In this document: positions 44,140 through 53,600 of the stretch, piece by piece
Position numbering within the stretch: position 1 is the stretch's first letter
Layout: every line of letters starts with the position of its first letter
Virus record (IMG/VR): IMGVR_UViG_3300030061_003170
DNA: 64,000 bases
Strand: one strand, 5' to 3'
Origin: a virus
Position numbers and translations under genes: made by a program
The notes under the pieces: model-generated
Seen by the model: the letters and a program-made list of their open reading frames with translations, nothing else
What the model was told of the DNA's origin: nothing
Databases searched by the model: none

Positions 44140-45255
44140 TCATTCATCAATACCAAAGTTAATACCTTCAGTATCGAATTTCTTAATGATCTCATCGTCC
44201 ATAATGTCAAAGACAGTTTGTTTGAACGAAGGATCTTGAAGTTTTGTGGTCCAATTGGCTGACCTAAACTTCGTCTCATTACCTTGCGAGTCTTTCAGAT
44301 AACACCAACCGCCGCCAACTCTGTATCGGTCGGTACCAGAAGCCTTGATGGCCTCCAGCCAAGATTCTTCATCTTGTATCCTAACCTCGTCACCCCAAAG
44401 AATTTTGAAGCCACAGGTTCGACCCTCAGATCCGAATCGAGATTTCTCAATCTTGACCTTCACTTCAGAGCCTTTTCTTACACCTGACTCGTCAGTAACA
44501 TATGCGGCTTTCGCCTTTCGTTTGGTGAGCCAAATTCGTAATGAGGAAAAGTATTCAATAGCCTTACCGCCGGGAGCGATGTATGGAGTTGTCATGGCCT
44601 CAGCAACATTACTGGTAATGTTTGTCTTCAACTGATTGATGAGCAACAGCGTACACTGCTGATTTGCGAGGGGAACGGTAAGTTTTGGAAAAGCACGAGC
44701 AAAAATGCGAGGCTTTACTGCCATTGAACTTTGAGGGTTGAAGTTTCCCTCTAGTTCCTTTTCAGAACTAGTTGCCGCAATAGAATCCCAAATAAACAAG
44801 AATTGGTTATCCGGATAATCTGACATTAACATTTCAATTGTTTCCAGAGTTTTCTCTACTGAGACAGCCTGAACATACATAAAGTCATCATTTACGTTTA
44901 TCCCTGCTTGCTCTAGAAACAGTGGGTCAATTGCAGACTCAGCATCAAAGTACACAACAAAGTGCCCCATCTGTTGAGCATTTGCGGCAATTTGGCAAGC
45001 CATGTAAGACTTACCGGCAGAAGATAGACCAGCGATTTCGATAATCTTGCCTACTGGAATACCAGCAAGTTTTCCTCTGCAGACGATTGAATCCAACCAA
45101 CGAGAACCAGTGGGAATCCACTCGGTTACTGCTGTAGGATTATCCTCGTTAAGATCATGGGCAACATCCATGCCCACAGATTTATTGATCCTTTTTTTCA
45201 TGGCTGATAGATCAATTTTTCCAGCCCTAGATGACATTTTTAGCACACTCCCCAT
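44140..45255 (-). CDS. recA: RecA/UvsX recombinase
   Basis: IPTGS..LD, GLSSAGKS, DAE, WDS, INQ, PGGKA, KSR. Confidence 0.93.
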   Translation of the reverse strand: MGSVLKMSSRAGKIDLSAMKKRINKSVGMDVAHDLNEDNPTAVTEWIPTGSRWLDSIVCRGKLAGIPVGKIIEIAGLSSAGKSYMACQIAANAQQMGHFVVYFDAESAIDPLFLEQAGINVNDDFMYVQAVSVEKTLETIEMLMSDYPDNQFLFIWDSIAATSSEKELEGNFNPQSSMAVKPRIFARAFPKLTVPLANQQCTLLLINQLKTNITSNVAEAMTTPYIAPGGKAIEYFSSLRIWLTKRKAKAAYVTDESGVRKGSEVKVKIEKSRFGSEGRTCGFKILWGDEVRIQDEESWLEAIKASGTDRYRVGGGWCYLKDSQGNETKFRSANWTTKLQDPSFKQTVFDIMDDEIIKKFDTEGINFGIDE

Positions 45256-45270
45256 TGAACCTCCCTAATG

Positions 45271-45450
45271 TTATTCTGCTTCTTCAGTCTCTTCTGTAGT
45301 TTCTTCGGTTTCCTCTGACTCCTCTGATTCTTCAGATTCTGTCTCTTCGGTTTCCTCAGTTTCTTCAACTACTTCTTCTACTGGTTCAGCAGAATCTTCC
45401 TCTTTCTCACCACAAGCAAGAAGGGAACTTAGAATAATTACATATTTCAT
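45271..45450 (-). CDS. small lipoprotein with Glu/Thr-rich acidic tail
   Basis: MKYVIILSSLLACGEKEEDSAE...; AAGGA SD. Confidence 0.7.
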   Translation of the reverse strand: MKYVIILSSLLACGEKEEDSAEPVEEVVEETEETEETESEESEESEETEETTEETEEAE

Positions 45451-45480
45451 TTTTGTTTTTTCCTTTGTTTTAAAAAATGT

Positions 45481-45513
45481 GCCATCCCTTTTTTCCAACC
45501 AAGGGCGGATGGC
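45481..45513 (-). terminator. probable terminator after the SSB gene
   Basis: gccatcc...ggatggc stem plus U tract. Confidence 0.55.
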
Positions 45514-45545
45514 TTTCCCTCAACACAACACAGGAGGACTATGAC

Positions 45546-46319
45546 TTAATCATCATTATTCATGAAATTCTTAAAAGCCTCGTCGATGCCCGATGTTTTC
45601 TGTGAGTACTTAGAAGTCTCTCTTGATCGACTTTCGGAGGACGAATCGGAGGACAAGTAGTCATCAAGTAGAGCCTGTACATCATCTGCATTCTTTTTAT
45701 CGAATAGTGTATCGATTTCAGGAATGGAACTCAGCAGTTCAGCACAATCGGCGACTGCATCGTCACAGAGAACGCTTGGGCGCCGACGAGGTTTAAGAGT
45801 GGTCTTCGGGAAAGAACCTGGTGTTCCTGGTACATGATAGTTGAGAACAATGTCAGTTCCGGTTTCAGGATCTGTAACGTCTCCGTAATCAGGGTCAAGA
45901 ACGTAACCCAAAAGGGTTTCATAGGCAGTCTTTCCATAAGACCAAATTTTTACACCCTCAGTCTCTTTACCGCGAACAAGAATAGGTGAATAGTAACGCT
46001 TACGAACAAATAGTTTCTTTGCTTCTTGCTTCAGTGTTCCATCATCATTTTGAACACCATCACGCCAGAGTTTAGATGCGAATTCACAGATTGCGCAATC
46101 ATCTCCGTCATTCTTCTTAGGACAGTAAATGCCAGGGTTTCTTCCAACATTATAGTGGAAATGAAATTCTTTGAACGGGTCGCCATCTTCTGTTGGGAGA
46201 ATTCTAATTGATTGATCTCCCTCGGATGGTCTCCATTTAAAGTCATTCTTTTTGTTAGTTGATGTGCCGTTTTTAGATGCATTTAGTTTAGCACGCATCG
46301 CTTCTAGATTAATAGCCAT
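45546..46319 (-). CDS. gp32-like single-stranded DNA-binding protein
   Basis: IRILP, HY...CP....CAICE zinc site, G.KIW..G, DP.TG.D, acidic C-terminus. Confidence 0.85.
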   Translation of the reverse strand: MAINLEAMRAKLNASKNGTSTNKKNDFKWRPSEGDQSIRILPTEDGDPFKEFHFHYNVGRNPGIYCPKKNDGDDCAICEFASKLWRDGVQNDDGTLKQEAKKLFVRKRYYSPILVRGKETEGVKIWSYGKTAYETLLGYVLDPDYGDVTDPETGTDIVLNYHVPGTPGSFPKTTLKPRRRPSVLCDDAVADCAELLSSIPEIDTLFDKKNADDVQALLDDYLSSDSSSESRSRETSKYSQKTSGIDEAFKNFMNNDD

Positions 46320-46439
46320 GTTTGTCTCCTTATAGTTGCTATTTTTTTGTGTTTAATCACTAAGGTACGCAGGGTTTCAACCTTACGTCCATATATAATA
46401 TAACATATTTTGGATGTGTTGTCAAGTAAAATATGTTAT

Positions 46440-46592
46440 TTAATCATCTAATTCATAGTCTGAAACATATTTGTGTCCGCCTCTACCATCTGATACTTTG
46501 TGATAGGTATCCTCACGATCCCATCCATTTTCTTCTGTTTGATGCGACTCTTTGACAGGACGACCTTTATATGTTTTTTCTTTTTTGCTCAT
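46440..46592 (-). CDS. 50-aa hypothetical protein (not in ORF track)
   Basis: GGAG SD; MSKKEKTYKGRPVKESH. Confidence 0.6.
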   Translation of the reverse strand: MSKKEKTYKGRPVKESHQTEENGWDREDTYHKVSDGRGGHKYVSDYELDD

Positions 46593-46654
46593 GTTATCTC
46601 CGTGGTTAAAAATTGAAGGTTTTTTGTGTGAGAAACCAGCAAAACTCGAGAACG

Positions 46655-46912
46655 TTAGCCGCGTGTAATGGTGACTTGTCGGTGACCAGTTCGGATAGTG
46701 CCAATTTGACGATTGAAGTTAATGGTTCGGAAACCATTATTATCAACATCCCACACTAGTTCCAGACCAGGTGCCATAGTTCGTGGCTTTGCAAATGAAC
46801 TAACAAATTGTTGCGGAAGATCCGAAAAACTAATGTAGTTCATAGTACGTTGGGTTCCGTCAGCCTTAGTAAAGGTTACGGTGTTTACTCGAAATTGGTT
46901 TGTAATGCTCAT
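46655..46912 (-). CDS. WYL_2/SH3-beta-barrel (DUF2693-like) protein
   Basis: VTFTKADGTQRTM...VWDVDNNGFRTIN. Confidence 0.8.
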   Translation of the reverse strand: MSITNQFRVNTVTFTKADGTQRTMNYISFSDLPQQFVSSFAKPRTMAPGLELVWDVDNNGFRTINFNRQIGTIRTGHRQVTITRG

Positions 46913-47003
46913 TGTTGACTCCTTTGTTTGTTAATGAGTGTTGCGTGATTTGAATCACATTTATAATGTAACATGTTTACTTGTTGTTGTCAAGGATTTT
47001 TTT

Positions 47004-47810
47004 TTACTTTTCTTGTAAAAAGTGAGTGAAGTGCTTCACATAAAAATGAGTATCATGTGGAGTTTCATACACTGCGAACGATGTTTCTCTTTCTAACTCT
47101 TTGTTGACATAGGCCATCTCTTTGATGGTAGGAATTAGTTCATCATTAGTTTCTAGATCATCATTGCTCACATTTATAATGTAACACGTCTCTGTAATGT
47201 TGTCAAGCGGAAAGAATAACTTTTCTTTATTTTCTCCAAGAAATCCCATACCAAGTGTCGTGATTCTCGAAACTTCTCTCGGCGTATGATGTTCTCCAAA
47301 TATTGGCTCAACATTTTTACAGAAGTTATTCATGTGTATGGCTGAATAGTAATAGTGGTTTGCTTTGTCATAATAATCCTTAATTGAACCGTGACCAAAG
47401 TTTTCCAATGTTAGTTCGTTATCAAACATAATCATTTCATCAATCATACCAGACCGTGTAAATTCTTGCAGAACATTAAAGTGTACTCGGTTTCTTTTCT
47501 TGGCATCCGAAGATAGATAATCCAACTCGGCAGTTATGTAACAAACAGTCGTTCTAAGGCTCTTGAGAGGCTCTAAAACGCGCAGAATAGCACCAGACAC
47601 CTTACCACTACCGCAAGTAATTACAAGGGCCTCAGAGTGCTTTTTCAGCCATGTTTTGGGTGGGCTATATTCTATCTCGTCATATTCTTCAACTGTATTG
47701 CATTTCTTAATACCTTTACCCTCGTCCAAAAGAACAACTTGGTATGTCTTGTGTTGCTTGAAGAGTTTTGCAACAGCACAGCCGGCTTTACCCAGTCCGA
47801 TAATTACCAT
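47004..47810 (-). CDS. divergent tubulin/FtsZ (PhuZ-like) protein
   Basis: VIIGLGKAGCAVA (T1 loop), degenerate CGSGKVSG (T4 loop), MFDN, ..AN; start corrected to MVIIG. Confidence 0.7.
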   Translation of the reverse strand: MVIIGLGKAGCAVAKLFKQHKTYQVVLLDEGKGIKKCNTVEEYDEIEYSPPKTWLKKHSEALVITCGSGKVSGAILRVLEPLKSLRTTVCYITAELDYLSSDAKKRNRVHFNVLQEFTRSGMIDEMIMFDNELTLENFGHGSIKDYYDKANHYYYSAIHMNNFCKNVEPIFGEHHTPREVSRITTLGMGFLGENKEKLFFPLDNITETCYIINVSNDDLETNDELIPTIKEMAYVNKELERETSFAVYETPHDTHFYVKHFTHFLQEK

Positions 47811-48271
47811 TATGTTTCCTCCGTCAACTTCTGGTAACGCTCTACCAACCTCTTCACTCCCGTTGGGTTCCACTTTGCCTTTCCTCGTGGAGTGGGGATT
47901 TTAGCAGCCATCAAGCATTGGGCAATCTTTGGGAGTGATTTTCCTTGGCTGCGTAGTAAGGCAGCATACTCACCGTGCTTCATCGCGTGTCTATTTGCTG
48001 CTTCTATCTTTCCTCTCACCAAGTCAGCAGGTGCGGATGGGTCTTTTGATCTGCCCCATCGAGCACGGAGGCTTGGGTCTCTTTCAAATGCCCTCTTTAC
48101 TCCCTCTCTAGTCAAACGTCTATGTTCAAGACCTTTTGAGTCTCTTCCATGTGCTCTACAATGACACGAGTAACACAAAGGAATTGTTTTTGTTCCTCCG
48201 CGACTTCTTGGGACAACGTGATGCTCGTTAAGATCTTCTGTTGTTCCGCATTCAAAACATTGCTTTACCAT
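47810..48271 (-). CDS. HNH endonuclease fused to a serine-recombinase-type DNA-binding domain
   Basis: CFECG...HHVVPRSRGG...LCYSCH; G.SL.KIA..L...IPTPRG..W....VKR. Confidence 0.8.
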   Translation of the reverse strand: MVKQCFECGTTEDLNEHHVVPRSRGGTKTIPLCYSCHCRAHGRDSKGLEHRRLTREGVKRAFERDPSLRARWGRSKDPSAPADLVRGKIEAANRHAMKHGEYAALLRSQGKSLPKIAQCLMAAKIPTPRGKAKWNPTGVKRLVERYQKLTEET

Positions 48272-49452
48272 TGTAGTTTCTCCATGTTACCTAAATCTCT
48301 TCCGATGTGAACAGAGGACATAAAATGTCCGAGTTTTGTGTCCTCAAAGATTTCTTTCAACTGAGGGATGATTTGGCGGTCTTCAAAGGACAAATCAACA
48401 ATAACGCAGTCGTGAACCGTAAAGGCTACGTGTGATTTGGTGCCGATAAGGAACTTGTTTATCTTATTTACGCGATCCATGCAGTTATCACTCGAAGTTG
48501 ATTGCAATAGATAGTTGAGAGCATGAAACTCCCCACACTCTATTTCTCTACCCATGGGTGTGTGTATACTTCCTTCTCTATAATACTCTCCAAGAACTTT
48601 TTCTCGACTGTAGAAATCTGATTGAATGGCTTTTGATCCTCTGTTATAGAGCCAAGCAAAGAAACGAGTTTTAGCCTCTTCTCTAGTGGCCCCTTTAAAT
48701 ATTTCTTTTTGGTTGAACTCATGTATGTCTCCTTTAGGTTGTTCTTGTCCCGATAACGAGATTAAGGTGCGAATTTCGGCAGCATTGAAATCCAACTCGA
48801 TAAACACATCATTTGTTGGTCTCACAATGTCTTTTAGTTCCGTTTTTACGTTCATTATTGGAAATGAACCCGGCTTGGTTGTCAATCGGCCTGTAACCGA
48901 GCCAAATAAGTCATAATTTACATAAATATCTTGTTGTTCTCCAAAGTTTTTCCAAAGGGTGCGTGCCTTGAAGTCTGTGTTCTTGTAGTTGTACAATTTA
49001 TGCTTATTTATGTTAAGTTTTCTTGACGAAATGTCTTGTATTGTTTCGTAAGTATCATGAAGATGCCGATAGTTACTTGGCTTCTCGCTATTTTCCATAA
49101 TCCACTCACAAATCTCATTCCGGCATTCATAATAATGCTGAAGATGCTTGTCGGGAACTAAATCATAAAAGCAAACATCGGACAAGTTAACTGATGCCTT
49201 ACGGAATGAGTTAAAATGAGCCTTGATGCGCTTTTCTGATGTTTCATAACGATATTTTAAGTGTTCTGGGCAGATTTCGCTTAAATTCTTGCCCTGCACC
49301 CACAAATAAAAATATGTAATGTCTTTTTGACTGAGTTTTTCATTGTAATTCCAAGTATGTGATAGTTGTTTAGGTAGTTTGTCATAATAAAAATTACCAT
49401 TAGCGTAAACTGCAAAGCATTCACGCTTGTCGTCCATGACCTGAAAGATCAT
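48265..49452 (-). CDS. compact family A DNA polymerase (PolA-like)
   Basis: TGRL, motif A LDFNAAEIR, motif B REEAKTRFFAWLY, NYLLQST, motif C TVHD. Confidence 0.85.
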   Translation of the reverse strand: MIFQVMDDKRECFAVYANGNFYYDKLPKQLSHTWNYNEKLSQKDITYFYLWVQGKNLSEICPEHLKYRYETSEKRIKAHFNSFRKASVNLSDVCFYDLVPDKHLQHYYECRNEICEWIMENSEKPSNYRHLHDTYETIQDISSRKLNINKHKLYNYKNTDFKARTLWKNFGEQQDIYVNYDLFGSVTGRLTTKPGSFPIMNVKTELKDIVRPTNDVFIELDFNAAEIRTLISLSGQEQPKGDIHEFNQKEIFKGATREEAKTRFFAWLYNRGSKAIQSDFYSREKVLGEYYREGSIHTPMGREIECGEFHALNYLLQSTSSDNCMDRVNKINKFLIGTKSHVAFTVHDCVIVDLSFEDRQIIPQLKEIFEDTKLGHFMSSVHIGRDLGNMEKLQW

Positions 49453-49492
49453 TGTGCCTCCAAAATTTCATCGTCAGTTACATTATAACACG

Positions 49493-50692
49493 TTATGAAC
49501 GTCTGTCAAGTCTTTTCTCAAACTTTTTTCGATAATAATTTAAACTTCCATCTTTCTGATTGTAATTTGCCCTAAACTGATCATCAATGTATCTCATTGC
49601 TTTTTCATTGTCAACTTTTAATATTCTAATTGCATTATTCTTTATGACATTTAGTCTACTATCATTGAATGGTTTTCTTTCTTCTATATTTCTTAAATCT
49701 ATATATAATTTATATAATATATTATTATTAATATTATTAATAGGGGTTCTTCTCCGGAATGTCGCCCTGGTTTTGTCAGAACAAGTTTGCAAAATCTTTT
49801 TTCTTGGATTTAAGTTGACAAATGAGTTGTAATTTGTTATAATTAAATTTGATAAAAGATTTATGTCATTGTTATAAGCAAAATCATATTGATCAGTAAA
49901 TACTGAATCGATAGTTGGTAAGTTGTATTTAGATCTGTAGTTCTTTGTGACGGGACTTGCAAGATCTGAAATAATAATGCTAGGTGCGCGTTTACTGACA
50001 CTAAAACCGTACTGTTTGGCCAAATTAAGATAATAGTCAAAAGCAGGATTTGTCAAGAAAAATTCTTCTTTCAATTCATCGTCACCAATAGGCAAATCTG
50101 CAATGTCAATACACAACCCGGAGGAAAAATTGGAAGATCTATAAGACCGTTGAAAACCGGATAACGTTAACGGAAATGTATCTCGTATTTTTCCCATATA
50201 CTCGACGAGATAGTGAATGTAGTCTTGAATATTAAAGACACGTCCCATATATTGCTGTAAGTAAGTTGAATTAAAAGTAGACATGCTCTCTGCCACAAAC
50301 GAACTATAATTTGGCAGGGTGTCTTCGTATGTCCTGACTGCTCTTACTGCTGAAAGATAAGGATCATTAACAGGGAGCAACCCTAATCTACATGCTCTAA
50401 TGAAATGATTTTCAAAGTCTCTAAACTGCTCTGCAACAAAATTCATTACAAGTTTTGTTCCTTGAGATTCATTTGTAATTTTTAATGGTACAAGGAACTC
50501 TTTTTTTGCTATAACCGGTGTTAATTCTCTATTAACTTTTCCGTAAAGAGTCTTCTCGGCAAAATTAAAATCAACAACCTGTTCTGGTCCTAGTCCGCCG
50601 TTCTGAGGGAATGCCTCACGGTTGTATTTTGAACGTTCAACAGCAAGGGCTGAGATTGACTCTAAGTCGTTTTTTCCTTTAAATCTGCTCAT
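49493..50692 (-). CDS. hypothetical protein at the end of the tail module
   Basis: 399-aa ORF coupled to the upstream large tail gene. Confidence 0.75.
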   Translation of the reverse strand: MSRFKGKNDLESISALAVERSKYNREAFPQNGGLGPEQVVDFNFAEKTLYGKVNRELTPVIAKKEFLVPLKITNESQGTKLVMNFVAEQFRDFENHFIRACRLGLLPVNDPYLSAVRAVRTYEDTLPNYSSFVAESMSTFNSTYLQQYMGRVFNIQDYIHYLVEYMGKIRDTFPLTLSGFQRSYRSSNFSSGLCIDIADLPIGDDELKEEFFLTNPAFDYYLNLAKQYGFSVSKRAPSIIISDLASPVTKNYRSKYNLPTIDSVFTDQYDFAYNNDINLLSNLIITNYNSFVNLNPRKKILQTCSDKTRATFRRRTPINNINNNILYKLYIDLRNIEERKPFNDSRLNVIKNNAIRILKVDNEKAMRYIDDQFRANYNQKDGSLNYYRKKFEKRLDRRS

Positions 50693-53600
50693 GGCGTACT
50701 ACTCCCAGGATTATCAGGGTCACTTTCTTGTCCATAAAGTGAATCCAATTCAGCATCTATTGCATCACTAGCGTTACTTGACACTCGATTTGAAGTCTCC
50801 ATGGTGTCACTGATGTTTGAAAGATAATAAGGGCTTTGATTTTGTTCAACCAAGTTAAGGTCTGACTCTACTGCTATAATAACATTCTCGCACTCAACAG
50901 AGTTTTTGGTATTGGCGCGACCTTTTGCTTTACTTATAGAAGGAACATTTTGTCCATTAGGGGCGCCATTACTGACATATGAGGTACTGCCATCCCCGGC
51001 ATAATACATTTGAGCCTCAATAGTAGTTTTGAAACCACTAACCCCAATTGAAGATTTAACACTTGTTACAGTATGGTATCCGCCTATCCCCAGTTTATTC
51101 GCCAGAGATCGCTCTCCGCCGGGCGCAAAGGGTCCCTGGGTAGGGGACCCCAGTTTATCCCCACCAATACCATAAGGGTTAAGATACAAATCCATTCCTG
51201 GGTAAAAAATTGTATTACCAAACATCTCAATTGTCACCTTATAAACAGTTGATAACTGAAGTAAGCCATCGATTCCTTGCTGAAAGAACCTGGCTTCACG
51301 AACAAACTGCATATCTGTTTTGGCAAAATTAACTGATTTTACAATCCCTTTGTTGTTTCCAATTTCAATATGGTACATCCCATTCTTGTTATCTGCTGCG
51401 TATTTTCCGTTACCGTTAGTAGACAAAGAACTACCAAGAACACCAAGATATATATAATTATGATAATTTGAAATATCTTTAACCTCGGAAACAGTGTCTC
51501 CTTTAAAAGGAAAAATACGCCCACCAGAGGACCCAGATGTATTAGTTCTGTGTGATTGAATTTGAATTACAGGTTGCTGAGATTTGTTGTCAAAAACTTT
51601 TCTTAAAGGGTCTCTAGAATTTTTTCCGGATGCGCCTTCATTATATGCTGTGATTTGCCCGGTTTGAAAACTATAGTTTTTATCAAGTCTTCTGTTAACA
51701 CAACTTTCAAGTAAAGACTGCTGCAACAGGTTGCTTGATAGGTTCCTAATAAATGTTATGATGGGAAATGTTTTTCTAGTACTACCCTTTTTAATTACAT
51801 TGTTTGTAAACCAATCTGCAAAATATTCAACAGATATAGGTATTTGAGCAATATTAATTGTATGATTTAACCCAGAAGCATCTTTATATACGTCAAAGTC
51901 AAAACTGCCCAAAATAAAACGACAGTTTTCAACTTCTTCTCTTAAAACGGTTGGGTCCTCTTTTTTGTACATTGTGTCAAGGATCGTATGAAGTAGATCT
52001 CCGAAGTAAAAATATTGAATTGTATTATCATTGGGGGAATTATAGTTATAACCATCTGGTAAAGCAACTTGGTTTAATATAATTTCTGTTTTCTCTTCCT
52101 GAAGAGTGTCCCCTTGTTGAATAGCATCCTCTTGTGTTACATCTTCAGTTTTTGTTTTAAGTCCTGTTAGTACAGGCTTATCTTTAAAGAAACCTAGGGT
52201 TCTATAACTACTTGCTTGTTCACTGCTGATCTCACAAACAAAAATTTTCTCCCTGTCTAACAATCTTTTGATAATTGATTGTAATGATTTCTCTCTAAAA
52301 ATTTGTTGCTGAGCATCAAGTGCCGAACGATATCTTTGAAGTTCTTCTTGTGTGCAATTTCTCTTGTTAACAATATCAATAAAATTTTTAAAAATTTGTT
52401 TTCTATTCTCAACTATTTCTGGGGTTGCTAAGGCATCATATTGATGTGTCTTTAATATTGTCTCTACATAAGCGCCATAAGTAATGTTAAGATTCACGGT
52501 GCCATCAACGTTTATCTGGAAGTCATGGTCAATCATACAAAGATAAAATGATTTATTGGTTCTTACGAGAGACTCCACTAATTGCTCTGCCTTGTTATAC
52601 CACGGGAACATGACTTCTAAGTCAGACTTTTTTGGTATATGATAGCCAACCTCAGCCATAATTCTATAGTATGATGGACTATACTGGTTTCTGTGTATTA
52701 TTTCTTTTTCATCTTTAGGAGGGTGCAAGATAAGATCCACAAATCTGTATTTTTCGCCATTATATCCAATCCTTTCTGCGACAAAATCACCAAATGATTG
52801 AAAATGCAATTGTAGTGTCGCTTTGATGTCCTTTCGTGACTCAGCAGGGTTGGTTCCATTAAATTCAAAAGAAAAATTCTTAAGACCGACACCCGAACCT
52901 TTATCAAATTGAGAATCAAAAAAGTTTATAGTTTTTTCAAAGTTTCTTTCACGATTCAAATCCTCCGAGGTTTCAAACACAAACTCTGTTTTTACTGCTT
53001 TTTTCTCGTCATTCTGTACCCTAAATAATTTGATTTTTGGAACCAAAGAAGACAACACAGAAGGCGGAATATTAAACAACTCTTTTGCAACATCAGAGTT
53101 TAACATTTTACTTAAAGTGGCCGATTGATTATCAGGGTTTGATACCATGTAAAGTCTTCCATCAAACGGAACATTATTGAACTTCCTAGAAAAGGTTTGG
53201 CAAGTAACTGAGCCTCTAGATTGCGCACTTTGAGCAGCCATTGTTTTTTGTATTCTATTTTTAATAATTTTTTGATAAGATTTTGCAAGTTGTGGCAAGT
53301 TCATCATTAAAGCGCATTGCTTAAAAAATCTTTGTCGGTTCTTTATATCTTCTTCAGTTAGTTCTTTCTCGCCCTCTTCACCCAACGGAGAGCCAGATAA
53401 TTCCCCCAAGGCTTTCTTTTCTATATCATCAAGGGTTTTTTGAAAACCTTCAGAATCCGGATCTGGAAATTCATCAAAATCCCTTCTATCTTCAACTAGT
53501 TGTTCTCTTCTGGCATTTTCAATAAACCTTGCAACAATTGAATAAAGACCTGAGTCTAATAAATCTATCAACTCTCCATCCATAACCATGTTAGAATTAA

